Shown piece by piece: positions 12,001 through 26,200 of a stretch of DNA of 64,000 nucleotides (positions within the stretch are counted from its first letter, which is position 1; every line of letters begins with the position of its first letter). The translations under genes were made by a program, and so were the position numbers. The notes below the pieces were generated by a model. That model worked only from the letters and a program-made list of their open reading frames with translations. It had not been told where the DNA came from and did no database searches. Origin of the DNA: Camelus ferus (Eukaryota); contig NC_045697.1 of NCBI RefSeq assembly GCF_009834535.1, forward strand, positions 120,468,001 through 120,532,000, given 5' to 3'.

Positions 12001-14160
12001 AAAACGTTACATGCATCACGGATTTGAAAAACATTCATAAAGCGTTTTAGCATGTGGATAACCAAACTTTCCTTCACCATACAAGGCATATTTACACATT
12101 AGCAAACATTTACTCTGATTTCCCAGCTTTTTTTTTTAGGCCAGTTTCGAAAATGAGGCAGAATGTTCAGAAAAATCATCTTGATGCAAGTCCTAAAAAA
12201 TAGACATGTAGCTTACTTAGTTTTCCTCACCGTAACATTCCGTGTTCTGAACACGTTACATGAATCACGGATTCGACAAACATTATTACTGAGTTATGAG
12301 CATGTGGATTAACGGTCTTTCATCCACCATAGAAGCATATACACAGCTAGAAAACATTTACTCTGATTTCTCAACTTTTTCCTAAGGCCAGTTTCACAAT
12401 GAGGCAAAATGCAGAGAAAAATGCTCTTGGAGCCAGTTCTACCAAACAGATATTTAATTAACATAGTTTCCCTCACTGTGAAATTCTGATTTCCAAACAC
12501 ACTACATGCATTACGAATTCGAAAAAACATTCATACTGAGTTGTGAGCATGTGGTTTAATGATCTTTCAATCACCTTACAAGGCATATTTACACCTAGAA
12601 ACATTTAATCTGATTTTGCAGCTTTTTCCTAAGGCCAGTTTCTAAAATGAGGCAGAATGTTCAGGAGAATTAACTTTTCGCCAAGTTCTACAAAGAGAAA
12701 TATAATTTACATAGTTTTCTTCAAAGTAATATTCCGTGTTCCGAACACATTTCATGCATCATTGATTCGACAAACATTAATTATAGAGTTGAGATCATGT
12801 GGATTATAGAACTTTCATCCACCAAACAAGGCATATTTACACCTAGAAACATTTTATGGTGATTTCATAGGTTTTCCTAAAGCCAGTTTTGAAAATGAGG
12901 CAGAATGCGCGGATTAAATATACTTGGGGCGAAGTTTCTACCAAAGAGACATGTACGGTACACTTTCACTCACTGTGACATTCCATGTTTCGAACACGTT
13001 ACATGTTATACGGTTTCACAAACATTGATTACTAAGTTGTGGGCTTGTGGATTAATGATCTTTTATTCACCATATAGGGCATATTTATACCTAGAATCAT
13101 TTACAATTATTTTGCATCATTTGTCTTAGGCCAGCTTCAAAAATGAGGCAGAATGCCCAGAAAAATACACTTGGAGCGAGTTCTACCCAATTGACATGCA
13201 CGGTTCACTTTTTCTCACCGTGACATTCCATGATCTGAACACGCTATATGCATCACAGATTCGACAAACATTCATTACAGAGTTGTGAGCATGTGGATTT
13301 CAGAACTTTCATCCACCATACAATGTATTTTTACAAGTAGAATTCTTTACAGTGATTTCGCAGCTTTTCCTAAAGCCATTTTCTAAAATGGGGCTGAATG
13401 CAGAGAAAAATACTCTCGGTGCGAGTTCTACCCAAGATGTATGTAATTTACATAATTTCCCACACCGTGACATCCCGTGATCCGAAAACTCTACATGCAT
13501 TATGAATTCGACACATTGATTAGGGTGTTGTGAGCATGTGGATTACCGGACATTGATTCACGATACAGGGCATATTTACACCTAGATATTTTACCCTGAT
13601 TTCACAGGATTTTCCTAAAGCCAGTTTTGAAAATGAGGCTGAATGTGCAGAAAAATACTCTTGGAATTATTTCTACAAATAGACATGTCATTTACATAGT
13701 ATCCTTCAAAGTAACAGTTCATGTGTCGAAAACGCTACATGCATCCCGGATTCGACAAACATTCATTACTGAGTTATGAGCATGTGGATTAACGGTCTTT
13801 CATCCACCATAGAAGGCCTATACACAGCTAGAAACATTTACTCTGATTTCTCATCTTTTTCCTAAGGCCAGTTTCCAAAATGAGGCGGAATGCACAGAAA
13901 TGTCCTGTTGGAGCGAGTCCTAACCAAAAGATATATAATTTACATACTTTCCCTCACCATGACATTCCGTGTTCTGAACACAATACATGCTTTACGAATT
14001 CGACAAAGATTCATTACGGAATTCTGAGCATGTGGATTAACGATCTTTCAATCACCATACAAGGCATATTTACACCTAGATAATTTTACTGTGATTTCGC
14101 AGGTTTTTACCAAGGCCAGTTTCGAAAAAGCTGCCGAATGCGCAGAAAAATCCTCTTGGA
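1..14160 (+). repeat. Satellite DNA array, ~247-bp monomers in 12/13-mer higher-order repeats (forward block)
   Basis: Motifs GAGCATGTGGAT, AAGGCATATTTACACCTAGAAA and GAAAATGAGGCAGAATG recur every ~247 bp. Near-identical long units start at ~2905, 6114, 9075 and 12048. Repeated ORFs are offset by 2961 or 3209 bp. Confidence 0.97.
2905..6113 (+). repeat. Representative complete 13-monomer HOR unit (3209 bp)
   Basis: Distinct monomers start at about 2905 (M1), 3153, 3401, 3649, 3894, 4140, 4385, 4632 (M8), 4880, 5128, 5374, 5621 and 5867 (M13). The same order repeats in other units with far higher identity than between neighbouring monomers. Confidence 0.93.
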
Positions 14161-14260
14161 NNNNNNNNNNNNNNNNNNNNNNNNNNNNNNNNNNNNNNNN
14201 NNNNNNNNNNNNNNNNNNNNNNNNNNNNNNNNNNNNNNNNNNNNNNNNNNNNNNNNNNNN
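14161..14260. other. Assembly gap (100 N); satellite orientation switches here
   Basis: Run of exactly 100 N; forward satellite to the left, reverse complement to the right. Confidence 0.99.
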
Positions 14261-17200
14261 TTCTAAGTGTAAATATGCCTTGTATGGTGAAGGAAAGTTC
14301 GGTTATCCACATGCTAAAAACTCTGTAATGAATGTTTTTCAAATCCGTGATGCATGTAACGTTTTTGGAACATGGAATGTCACAGCAAGGGAATCTTTGT
14401 AAATTAAATATCTATTGTATAGAACATGTTCCAAGAGGATTTTTCTGTGCAATCTGCCTCATTTTCGAATCTGACCTTAGGAAATATTTGTGAAATTGGA
14501 GTAAATGTTCTTGGTGTAAATATGGCTTGTATGGTGGATGAACGTTCGGTAATCCACATGCTCACAACTCAGTAATTAATGTTTGTCAATCCGGGATGCT
14601 TGTAGCGTATTTAAAACACGGAATGTCACTGTGTGTGAAACTATGTAAATTACATATTCCTTGGGTAGAACTCGCTCCAAGAGTATTTTCTGTGCATTCT
14701 GCCCATTTTCGAAAGTGGCATTAGGAATACATGTGAAATCACCGTAAATGCTTCTAGGTGTAAATATGCCTTCTTCGGTGGATGAAAGTTCTTTTATCCA
14801 AATGCTCACAACACTGTAATGAATGTTTGTCGAATCTGTGATGCATATAGTGTGTTTGGAACAGGGAATGTTACGGTGAGCGAAACTATGTAAGTTCAAT
14901 GTCTATTTTGTAGAACTCGCACCTAGAGGATTTTCTGTCTATTCTGCTTCATTTTCTAGACTGGGTTTAGGTAAAACCTGATAAATCAATGTAATTCTTT
15001 CTAGGTGAAATTATGCCTTTATGGTGGATGAAAGTTCTGTAATCCTCATGCTCATAACTCAGTAATGAATGTTTATCAAATCGGTAATGTATGTATTGTT
15101 TCCAGAATAATGGAATCTCACGGTGAGTGAAAGTGTACCGTACGTGTCTACTGGGAACAACTCGCTCCAAGAGTATTTTTCAGTGCATTCTGCCTCATTT
15201 TATTAACTGGCCCTAGAAAAAAAGAGGATAAATCAGAGAAAATTTTCTAGGTGTAAATATGCCTTGTATGGTGGTTGAAAGATCGTTAATCCACATGTTC
15301 ATATCTCAGTAATGAATGTTTGTCAAAATCGTGGTGCATGTAGCGTAATCGAAGCATGGGATATCACAGTGTGGGAAAGTATGTAAATTACATGTCTCTT
15401 GGTTAGAACTCGCTCCAAGAGGATTTTCTGCGCATTCGGCAGCTTTTTCGAAACTGGCCTTGGTAAAAACCTGCGAAATCACAGTAAAAGTATCTAGGTG
15501 TAAATATGCCTTGTATGGTGATTGAAAGATCGTTAATCCACATGCTCAGAATTCCGTAATGAATCTTTGTCGAATTCGTAAAGCATGTATTGTGTTCAGA
15601 ACACGGAATGTCACGGTGAGGGAAAGTATGTAAATTATATATCTTTTGGTTAGGACTAGCTCCAACAGGGCTTTTCTGTGCATTCTGCCTCATTTTGGAA
15701 GCTGGCCTTAGGAAAAAGATGAGAAATCAGAGTAAATGTTTCTAGCTGTGTATAGGTCCTTCTATGGTGGATGAAAGACCGTTAATCCACATGCTCATAA
15801 CTCAGTAATGAATGTTTGTCGAATCCGGGATGCATGTAGCGTTTTCGACACACGAACTGTCACGGTGAAGGAAACTATGTAAATGACATGTCTATTGGGT
15901 AGAAATAACTCCAAGAGTATTTTTCTGCACATTCAGCCTCATTTTCAAAACTGGCTTTAGGAAAATCCTGTGAAATCAGGGTAAAATATCTAGGTGTAAA
16001 TATGCCCTGTATCGTGAATCAATGTCCGGTAATCCACATGCTCACAACACCCTAATCAATGCGTCGAATTCATAATGCATGTAGAGTTTTCCGATCACGG
16101 GATGTCACAGTGTGGGAAATTATGTAAATTACATGCATCTTGGGTAGAACTCGCACCGAGAGTATTTTTCTCTGCATTCAGCCCCATTTTAGAAATTGGC
16201 TTTAGGAAAAGCTGCGAAATCACTGTAAAGTATTCTACGTGTAAAAATCCATTGTATGGTGGATGAAAGTTCTGAAATCCACATGCTCACAACTCTGTAA
16301 TGAATGTTTGTCGAATCTGTGATGCATATAGCGTGTTCAGAACATGGAATGTCACGGTGAGAAAAAGTGAACCGTGCATGTCAATTGGGTAGAACTCGCT
16401 CCAAGTGTATTTTTCTGGGCATTCTGCCTCATTTTTGAAGCTGGCCTAAGACAAATGATGCAAAATAATTGTAAATGATTCTAGGTATAAATATGCCCTA
16501 TATGGTGAATAAAAGATCATTAATCCACAAGCCCACAACTTAGTAATCAATGTTTGTCGAAACCGTATAACATGTAACGTGTTCGAAACATGGAATGTCA
16601 CAGTGAGTGAAAGTGTACCGTACATGTCTCTTTGGTAGAACTCGCCCCAAGTATATTTATCCGCGCATTCTGCCTCATTTTCAAAACTGGCTTTAGGAAA
16701 ACCTATGAAATCACCATAAATGTTTCTAGGTGTAAATATGCCTTGTTTGGTGGATGAAAGTTCTATAATCCACATGATCTCAACTCTATAATTAATGTTT
16801 GTCGAATCAATGATGCAAGAAATGTGTTCGGAACACGGAATATTACTTTGAAGAAAACTATGTAAATTATATTTCTCTTTTGTAGAACTTGCGAAAAGTT
16901 AATTCTCCTGCACATTCTGCCTCATTTTCGAAACTGGCCTTAGGAAAAAGCTGCAAAATCAGATTAAATGTTTCTAGGTGTAAATATGCCTTGTAAGGTG
17001 ATTGAAAGATCATTAAACCACATGCTCACAACTCAGTATGAATGTTTTTTCGAATTCGTAATGCATGTAGTGTGTTTGGAAATCAGAATTTCACAGTGAG
17101 GGAAACTATGTTAATTAAATATCTGTTTGGTAGAACTGGCTCCAAGAGCATTTTTCTCTGCATTTTGCCTCATTGTGAAAACTGGCCTTAGGAAAAAGAT

Positions 17201-20200
17201 GAGAAATCAGAGTAAATGTTTGTAGGTGTGTATATGCCTTCTATGGTGGATTAAAGACCGTTAATCCACATGCTCATAACTAAGTAATGAATGTTTGTCG
17301 AATCCGTGATTCATGTAGTATATTCAGAACACGGAATGTAACGATGAGGAAAACTAAGTAATTACATGTCTAATTTTTAGAACTTAAACAAGATGAATTT
17401 TCTGCACATTCTGCCTCATTTTCGAAACTGGCCTTAAGAAAAAGCTGGGAAATCAGAGTAAATGTTTCTAAGTGTAAATATGCCTTGTATGGTGAAGGAA
17501 AGTTCGGTTATCCACATGCTAAATACTCTGTAATGAATGTTTTTCAAATCCGTGATGCATGTAACGTTTTTGGAACATGGAATGTCACAGCAAGGGAATC
17601 TTTGTAAATTAAATATCTATTGTATAGAACATGTTCCAAGAGGATTTTTCTGTGCAATCTGCCTCATTTTCGAATCTGACCTTAGGAAATATTTGTGAAA
17701 TTGGAGTAAATGTTCTTGGTGTAAATATGGCTTGTATGGTGGATGAACGTTCGGTAATCCACATGCTCACAACTCAGTAATTAATGTTTGTCAATCCGGG
17801 ATGCTTGTAGCGTATTTAAAACACGGAATGTCACTGTGTGTGAAACTATGTAAATTACATATTCCTTGGGTAGAACTCGCTCCAAGAGTATTTTTCTGTG
17901 CATTCTGCCCCATTTTCGAAAGTGGCATTAGGAATACATGTGAAATCACCGTAAATGCTTCTAGGTGTAAATATGCCTTCTTCGGTGGATGAAAGTTCTT
18001 TTATCCAAATGCTCACAACACTGTAATGAATGTTTGTCGAATCTGTGATGCATATAGTGTGTTTGGAACAGGGAATGTCACGGTGAGCGAAACTATGTAA
18101 GTTCAATGTCTATTTTGTAGAACTCGCACCTAGAGGATTTTCTGTCTATTCTGCTTCATTTTCTAGACTGGGTTTAGGTAAAACCTGATAAATCAATGTA
18201 ATTCTTTCTAGGTGAAATTATGCCTTTATGGTGGATGAAAGTTCTGTAATCCTCATGCTCATAACTCAGTAATGAATGTTTATCAAATCGGTAATGTATG
18301 TATTGTTTCCAGAAAATGGAATCTCACGGTGAGTGAAAGTGTACCGTACGTGTCTATTGGGAACAACTCGCTCCAAGAGTATTTTTCAGTGCATTCTGCC
18401 TCATTATATTAACTGGCCCTAGAAAAAAGAGGATAAATCAGAGAAAATTTTTCTAGGTGTAAATATGCCTTGTATGGTGGTTGAAAGATCGTTAATCCAC
18501 ATGTTCATATCTCAGTAATGAATGTTTGTCAAAATCGTGGTGCATGTAGCGTAATCGAAGCATGGGATATCACAGTGTGGGAAAGTATGTAAATTACATG
18601 TCTCTTGGTTAGAACTCGCTCCAAGAGGATTTTTCTGCGCATTCGGCAGCTTTTTCGAAACTGGCCTTGGTAAAAACCTGCGAAATCACAGTAAAAGTAT
18701 CTAGGTGTAAATATGCCTTGTATGGTGATTGAAAGATCGTTAATCCACATGCTCAGAATTCCGTAATGAATCTTTGTCGAATTCGTAAAGCATGTATTGT
18801 GTTCAGAACACGGAATGTCACGGTGAGGGAAAGTATGTAAATTATATATCTTTTGGTTAGGACTCGCTCCAACAGGACTTTTCTGTGCATTCTGCCTCAT
18901 TTTGGAAACTGGCCTTAGGAAAAAGATGAGAAATCAGAGTAAATGTTTCTAGCTGTGTATAGGCCTTCTATGGTGGATGAAAGACCGTTAATCCACATGC
19001 TCATAACTCAGTAATGAATGTTTGTCGAATCCGGGATGCATGTAGCGTTTTCGACACACGAACTGTCACGGTGAAGGAAACTATGTAAATGACATGTCTA
19101 TTGGGTAGAAATAACTCCAAGAGTATTTTTCTGCACATTCAGCCTCATTTTCAAAACTGGCTTTAGGAAAATCCTGTGAAATCAGGGTAAAATATCTAGG
19201 TGTAAATATGCCCTGTATCGTGAATCAATGTCCGGTAATCCACATGCTCACAACACCCTAATCAATGCGTCGAATTCATAATGCATGTAGAGTTTTCGGA
19301 TCACGGGATGTCACAGTGTGGGAAATTATGTAAATTACATGCATCTTGGGTAGAACTCGCACCGAGAGTATTTTTCTCTGCATTCAGCCCCATTTTAGAA
19401 ATTGGCTTTAGGAAAAGCTGCGAAATCACTGTAAAGTAATTCTACGTGTAAAAATACATTGTATGGTGGATGAAAGTTCTGAAATCCACATGCTCACAAC
19501 TCTGTAATGAATGTTTGTCGAATCTGTGATGCATATAGCGTGTTCAGATCATGGAATGTCACGGTGAGAAAAAGTGAACCGTGCATGTCAATTGGGTAGA
19601 ACTCGCTCCAAGTGTATTTTTCTGGGCATTCTGCCTCATTTTTGAAGCTGGCCTAAGACAAATGATGCAAAATAATTGTAAATGATTCTAGGTATAAATA
19701 TGCCCTATATGGTGAATAAAAGATCATTAATCCACAAGCCCACAACTTAGTAATCAATGTTTGTCGAAACCGTATAACATGTAACGTGTTCGAAACATGG
19801 AATGTCACAGTGAGTGAAAGTGTACCGTACATGTCTCTTTGGTAGAACTCGCCCCAAGTATATTTATCCGCGCATTCTGCCTCATTTTCAAAACTGGCTT
19901 TAGGAAAACCTATGAAATCACCATAAATGTTTCTAGGTGTAAATATGCCTTGTTTGGTGGATGAAAGTTCTATAATCCACATGATCTCAACTCTATAATT
20001 AATGTTTGTCGAATCAATGATGCATGAAATGTGTTCGGAACACGGAATATTACTTTGAAGAAAACTATGTAAATTATATTTCTCTTTTGTAGAACTTGCG
20101 CAAAGTTAATTCTCCTGCACATTCTGCCTCATTTTCGAAACTGGCCTTAGGAAAAAGCTGCAAAATCAGATTAAATGTTTCTAGGTGTAAATATGCCTTG

Positions 20201-23200
20201 TAAGGTGATTGAAAGATCATTAAACCACATGCTCACAACTCAGTATGAATGTTTTTTCGAATTCGTAATGCATGTAGTGTGTTTGGAAATCAGAATTTCA
20301 CAGTGAGGGAAACTATGTTAATTAAATATCTGTTTGGTAGAACTGGCTCCAAGAGCATTTTTCTCTGCATTTTGCCTCATTGTGAAAACTGGCCTTAGGA
20401 AAAAGATGAGAAATCAGAGTAAATGTTTCTAGGTGTGTATATGCCTTCTATGGTGGATGAAAGACCGTTAATCCACATGCTCATAACTCAGTAATGAATG
20501 TTTGTCGAATCCGTGATTCATGTAACGTGTTCAGAACACGGAATGTTACGGTGAGGAAAACTAAGTAAGCTACATGTCTATTTTTAGGACTTGCATCAAG
20601 ATGATTTTCTGAACATTCTGCCTCATTTTCGAAACTGGCCTAAAAAAAAGCTGGGAAATCAGAGTAAATGTTTCTAAGTGTAAATATGCCTTGTATGGTG
20701 AAGGAAAGTTCGGTTATCCACATGCTAAAAACTCTGTAATGAATGTTTTTCAAATCCGTGATGCATGTAACGTTTTTGGAACATGGAATGTCACAGCAAG
20801 GGAATCTTTGTAAATTAAATATCTATTGTATAGAACATGTTCCAAGAGGATTTTTCTGTGCAATCTGCCTCATTTTCGAATCTGACCTTAGGAAATATTT
20901 GTGAAATTGGAGTAAATGTTCTTGGTGTAAATATGGCTTGTATGGTGGATGAACGTTCGGTAATCCACATGCTCACAACTCAGTAATTAATGTTTGTCAA
21001 TCCGGGATGCTTGTAGCGTATTTAAAACACGGAATGTCACTGTGTGTGAAACTATGTAAATTACATATTCCTTGGGTAGAACTCGCTCCAAGAGTATTTT
21101 TCTGTGCATTCTGCCCCATTTTCGAAAGTGGCATTAGGAATACATGTGAAATCACCGTAAATGCTTCTAGGTGTAAATATGCCTTCTTCGGTGGATGAAA
21201 GTTCTTTTATCCAAATGCTCACAACACTGTAATGAATGTTTGTCGAATCTGTGATGCATATAGTGTGTTTGGAACAGGGAATGTCACGGTGAGCGAAACT
21301 ATGTAAGTTCAATGTCTATTTTGTAGAACTCGCACCTAGAGGATTTTCTGTCTATTCTGCTTCATTTTCTAGACTGGGTTTAGGTAAAACCTGATAAATC
21401 AATGTAATTCTTTCTAGGTGAAATTATGCCTTTTATGGTGGATGAAAGTTCTGTAATCCTCATGCTCATAACTCAGTAATGAATGTTTATCAAATCGGTA
21501 ATGTATGTATTGTTTCCAGAATATGGAATCTCACGGTGAGTGAAAGTGTACCGTACGTGTCTATTGGGAACAACTCGCTCCAAGAGTATTTTTCAGTGCA
21601 TTCGGCCTCATTTTATTAACTGGCCCTAGAAAAAAGAGGATAAATCAGAGAAAATTTTTCTAGGTGTAAATATGCCTTGTATGGTGGTTGAAAGATCGTT
21701 AATCCACATGTTCATATCTCAGTAATGAATGTTTGTCAAAATCGTGGTGCATGTAGCGTAATCGAAGCATGGGATATCACAGTGTGGGAAAGTATGTAAA
21801 TTACATGTCTCTTGGTTAGAACTCGCTCCAAGAGGATTTTTCTGCGCATTCGGCAGCTTTTTCGAAACTGGCCTTGGTAAAAACCTGCGAAATCACAGTA
21901 AAAGTATCTAGGTGTAAATATGCCTTGTATGGTGATTGAAAGATCGTTAATCCACATGCTCAGAATTCCGTAATGAATCTTTGTCGAATTCGTAAAGCAT
22001 GTATTGTGTTCAGAACACGGAATGTCACGGTGAGGGAAAGTATGTAAATTATATATCTTTTGGTTAGGACTCGCTCCAACAGGACTTTTCTGTGCATTCT
22101 GCCTCATTTTGGAAACTGGCCTTAGGAAAAAGATGAGAAATCAGAGTAAATGTTTCTAGCTGTGTATAGGCCTTCTATGGTGGATGAAAGACCGTTAATC
22201 CACATGCTCATAACTCAGTAATGAATGTTTGTCGAATCCGGGATGCATGTAGCGTTTTCGACACACGAACTGTCACGGTGAAGGAAACTATGTAAATGAC
22301 ATGTCTATTGGGTAGAAATAACTCCAAGAGTATTTTTCTGCACATTCAGCCTCATTTTCAAAACTGGCTTTAGGAAAATCCTGTGAAATCAGGGTAAAAT
22401 ATCTAGGTGTAAATATGCCCTGTATCGTGAATCAATGTCCGGTAATCCACATGCTCACAACACCCTAATCAATGCGTCGAATTCATAATGCATGTAGAGT
22501 TTTCGGATCACGGGATGTCACAGTGTGGGAAATTATGTAAATTACATGCATCTTGGGTAGAACTCGCACCGAGAGTATTTTTCTCTGCATTCAGCCCCAT
22601 TTTAGAAATTGGCTTTAGGAAAAGCTGCGAAATCACTGTAAAGAATTCTACGTGTAAAAATACATTGTATGGTGGATGAAAGTTCTGAAATCCACATGCT
22701 CACAACTCTGTAATGAATGTTTGTCGAATCTGTGATGCATATAGCGTGTTCAGATCATGGAATGTCACGGTGAGAAAAAGTGAACCGTGCATGTCAATTG
22801 GGTAGAACTCGCTCCAAGTGTATTTTTCTGGGCATTCTGCCTCATTTTTGAAGCTGGCCTAAGACAAATGATGCAAAATAATTGTAAATGATTCTAGGTA
22901 TAAATATGCCCTATATGGTGAATAAAAGATCATTAATCCACAAGCCCACAACTTAGTAATCAATGTTTGTCGAAACCGTATAACATGTAACGTGTTCGAA
23001 ACATGGAATGTCACAGTGAGTGAAAGTGTACCGTACATGTCTCTTTGGTAGAACTCGCCCCAAGTATATTTATCCGCGCATTCTGCCTCATTTTCAAAAC
23101 TGGCTTTAGGAAAACCTATGAAATCACCATAAATGTTTCTAGGTGTAAATATGCCTTGTTTGGTGGATGAAAGTTCTATAATCCACATGATCTCAACTCT

Positions 23201-26200
23201 ATAATTAATGTTTGTCGAATCAATGATGCATGAAATGTGTTCGGAACACGGAATATTACTTTGAAGAAAACTATGTAAATTATATTTCTCTTTTGTAGAA
23301 CTTGCGCAAAGTTAATTCTCCTGCACATTCTGCCTCATTTTCGAAACTGGCCTTAGGAAAAAGCTGCAAAATCAGATTAAATGTTTCTAGGTGTAAATAT
23401 GCCTTGTAAGGTGATTGAAAGATCATTAAACCACATGCTCACAACTCAGTATGAATGTTTTTTCGAATTCGTAATGCATGTAGTGTGTTTGGAAATCAGA
23501 ATTTCACAGTGAGGGAAACTATGTTAATTAAATATCTGTTTGGTAGAACTGGCTCCAAGAGCATTTTTCTCTGCATTTTGCCTCATTGTGAAAACTGGCC
23601 TTAGGAAAAAGTTGAGAAATCAGAGTAAATGTTTCTAGGTGTGTATATGCCTTCTATGGTGGATGAAAGACCGTTAATCCACATGCTCATAACTCAGTAA
23701 TGAATGTTTGTCGAATCCGTGATTCATGTAACGTGTTCAGAACACGGAATGTTACGGTGAGGAAAACTAAGTAAGCTACATGTCTATTTTTAGGACTTGC
23801 ATCAAGATGATTTTTCTGAACATTCTGCCTCATTTTCGAAACTGGCCTAAAAAAAAGCTGGGAAATCAGAGTAAATGTTTCTAAGTGTAAATATGCCTTG
23901 TATGGTGAAGGAAAGTTCGGTTATCCACATGCTAAAAACTCTGTAATGAATGTTTTTCAAATCCGTGATGCATGTAACGTTTTTGGAACATGGAATGTCA
24001 CAGCAAGGGAATCTTTGTAAATTAAATATCTATTGTATAGAACATGTTCCAAGAGGATTTTTCTGTGCAATCTGCCTCATTTTCGAATCTGACCTTAGGA
24101 AATATTTGTGAAATTGGAGTAAATGTTCTTGGTGTAAATATGGCTTGTATGGTGGATGAACGTTCGGTAATCCACATGCTCACAACTCAGTAATTAATGT
24201 TTGTCAATCCGGGATGCTTGTAGCGTATTTAAAACACGGAATGTCACTGTGTGTGAAACTATGTAAATTACATATTCCTTGGGTAGAACTCGCTCCAAGA
24301 GTATTTTTCTGTGCATTCTGCCCCATTTTCGAAAGTGGCATTAGGAATACATGTGAAATCACCGTAAATGCTTCTAGGTGTAAATATGCCTTCTTCGGTG
24401 GATGAAAGTTCTTTTATCCAAATGCTCACAACACTGTAATGAATGTTTGTCGAATCTGTGATGCATATAGTGTGTTTGGAACAGGGAATGTTACGGTGAG
24501 CGAAACTATGTAAGTTCAATGTCTATTTTGTAGAACTCGCACCTAGAGGATTTTCTGTCTATTCTGCTTCATTTTCTAGACTGGGTTTAGGTAAAACCTG
24601 ATAAATCAATGTAATTCTTTCTAGGTGAAATTATGCCTTTTATGGTGGATGAAAGTTCTGTAATCCTCATGCTCATAACTCAGTAATGAATGTTTATCAA
24701 ATCGGTAATGTATGTATTGTTTCCAGAATATGGAATCTCACGGTGAGTGAAAGTGTACCGTACGTGTCTATTGGGAACAACTCGCTCCAAGAGTATTTTT
24801 CAGTGCATTCGGCCTCATTTTATTAACTGGCCCTAGAAAAAAGAGGATAAATCAGAGAAAATTTTTCTAGGTGTAAATATGCCTTGTATGGTGGTTGAAA
24901 GATCGTTAATCCACATGTTCATATCTCAGTAATGAATGTTTGTCAAAATCGTGGTGCATGTAGCGTAATCGAAGCATGGGATATCACAGTGTGGGAAAGT
25001 ATGTAAATTACATGTCTCTTGGTTAGAACTCGCTCCAAGAGGATTTTTCTGCGCATTCGGCAGCTTTTTCGAAACTGGCCTTGGTAAAAACCTGCGAAAT
25101 CACAGTAAAAGTATCTAGGTGTAAATATGCCTTGTATGGTGATTGAAAGATCGTTAATCCACATGCTCAGAATTCCGTAATGAATCTTTGTCGAATTCGT
25201 AAAGCATGTATTGTGTTCAGAACACGGAATGTCACGGTGAGGGAAAGTATGTAAATTATATATCTTTTGGTTAGGACTCGCTCCAACAGGACTTTTCTGT
25301 GCATTCTGCCTCATTTTGGAAACTGGCCTTAGGAAAAAGATGAGAAATCAGAGTAAATGTTTCTAGCTGTGTATAGGCCTTCTATGGTGGATGAAAGACC
25401 GTTAATCCACATGCTCATAACTCAGTAATGAATGTTTGTCGAATCCGGGATGCATGTAGCGTTTTCGACACACGAACTGTCACGGTGAAGGAAACTATGT
25501 AAATGACATGTCTATTGGGTAGAAATAACTCCAAGAGTATTTTTCTGCACATTCAGCCTCATTTTCAAAACTGGCTTTAGGAAAATCCTGTGAAATCAGG
25601 GTAAAATATCTAGGTGTAAATATGCCCTGTATCGTGAATCAATGTCCGGTAATCCACATGCTCACAACACCCTAATCAATGCGTCGAATTCATAATGCAT
25701 GTAGAGTTTTCGGATCACGGGATGTCACAGTGTGGGAAATTATGTAAATTACATGCATCTTGGGTAGAACTCGCACCGAGAGTATTTTTCTCTGCATTCA
25801 GCCCCATTTTAGAAATTGGCTTTAGGAAAAGCTGCGAAATCACTGTAAAGAATTCTACGTGTAAAAATACATTGTATGGTGGATGAAAGTTCTGAAATCC
25901 ACATGCTCACAACTCTGTAATGAATGTTTGTCGAATCTGTGATGCATATAGCGTGTTCAGATCATGGAATGTCACGGTGAGAAAAAGTGAACCGTGCATG
26001 TCAATTGGGTAGAACTCGCTCCAAGTGTATTTTTCTGGGCATTCTGCCTCATTTTTGAAGCTGGCCTAAGACAAATGATGCAAAATAATTGTAAATGATT
26101 CTAGGTATAAATATGCCCTATATGGTGAATAAAAGATCATTAATCCACAAGCCCACAACTTAGTAATCAATGTTTGTCGAAACCGTATAACATGTAACGT

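Noticed and set aside
10680..12960. Apparently diverged satellite with many small indels (similar at ~36900-39530 and ~41540-42200)
   Set aside because: The changes are mostly single-base homopolymer indels typical of low-coverage long-read error rather than real decay.
19294..19310. TTCGGATCACGGG in M6 as a CENP-B box
   Set aside because: It contains TTCG, A and CGGG, but the spacing is two bases shorter than the box requires.
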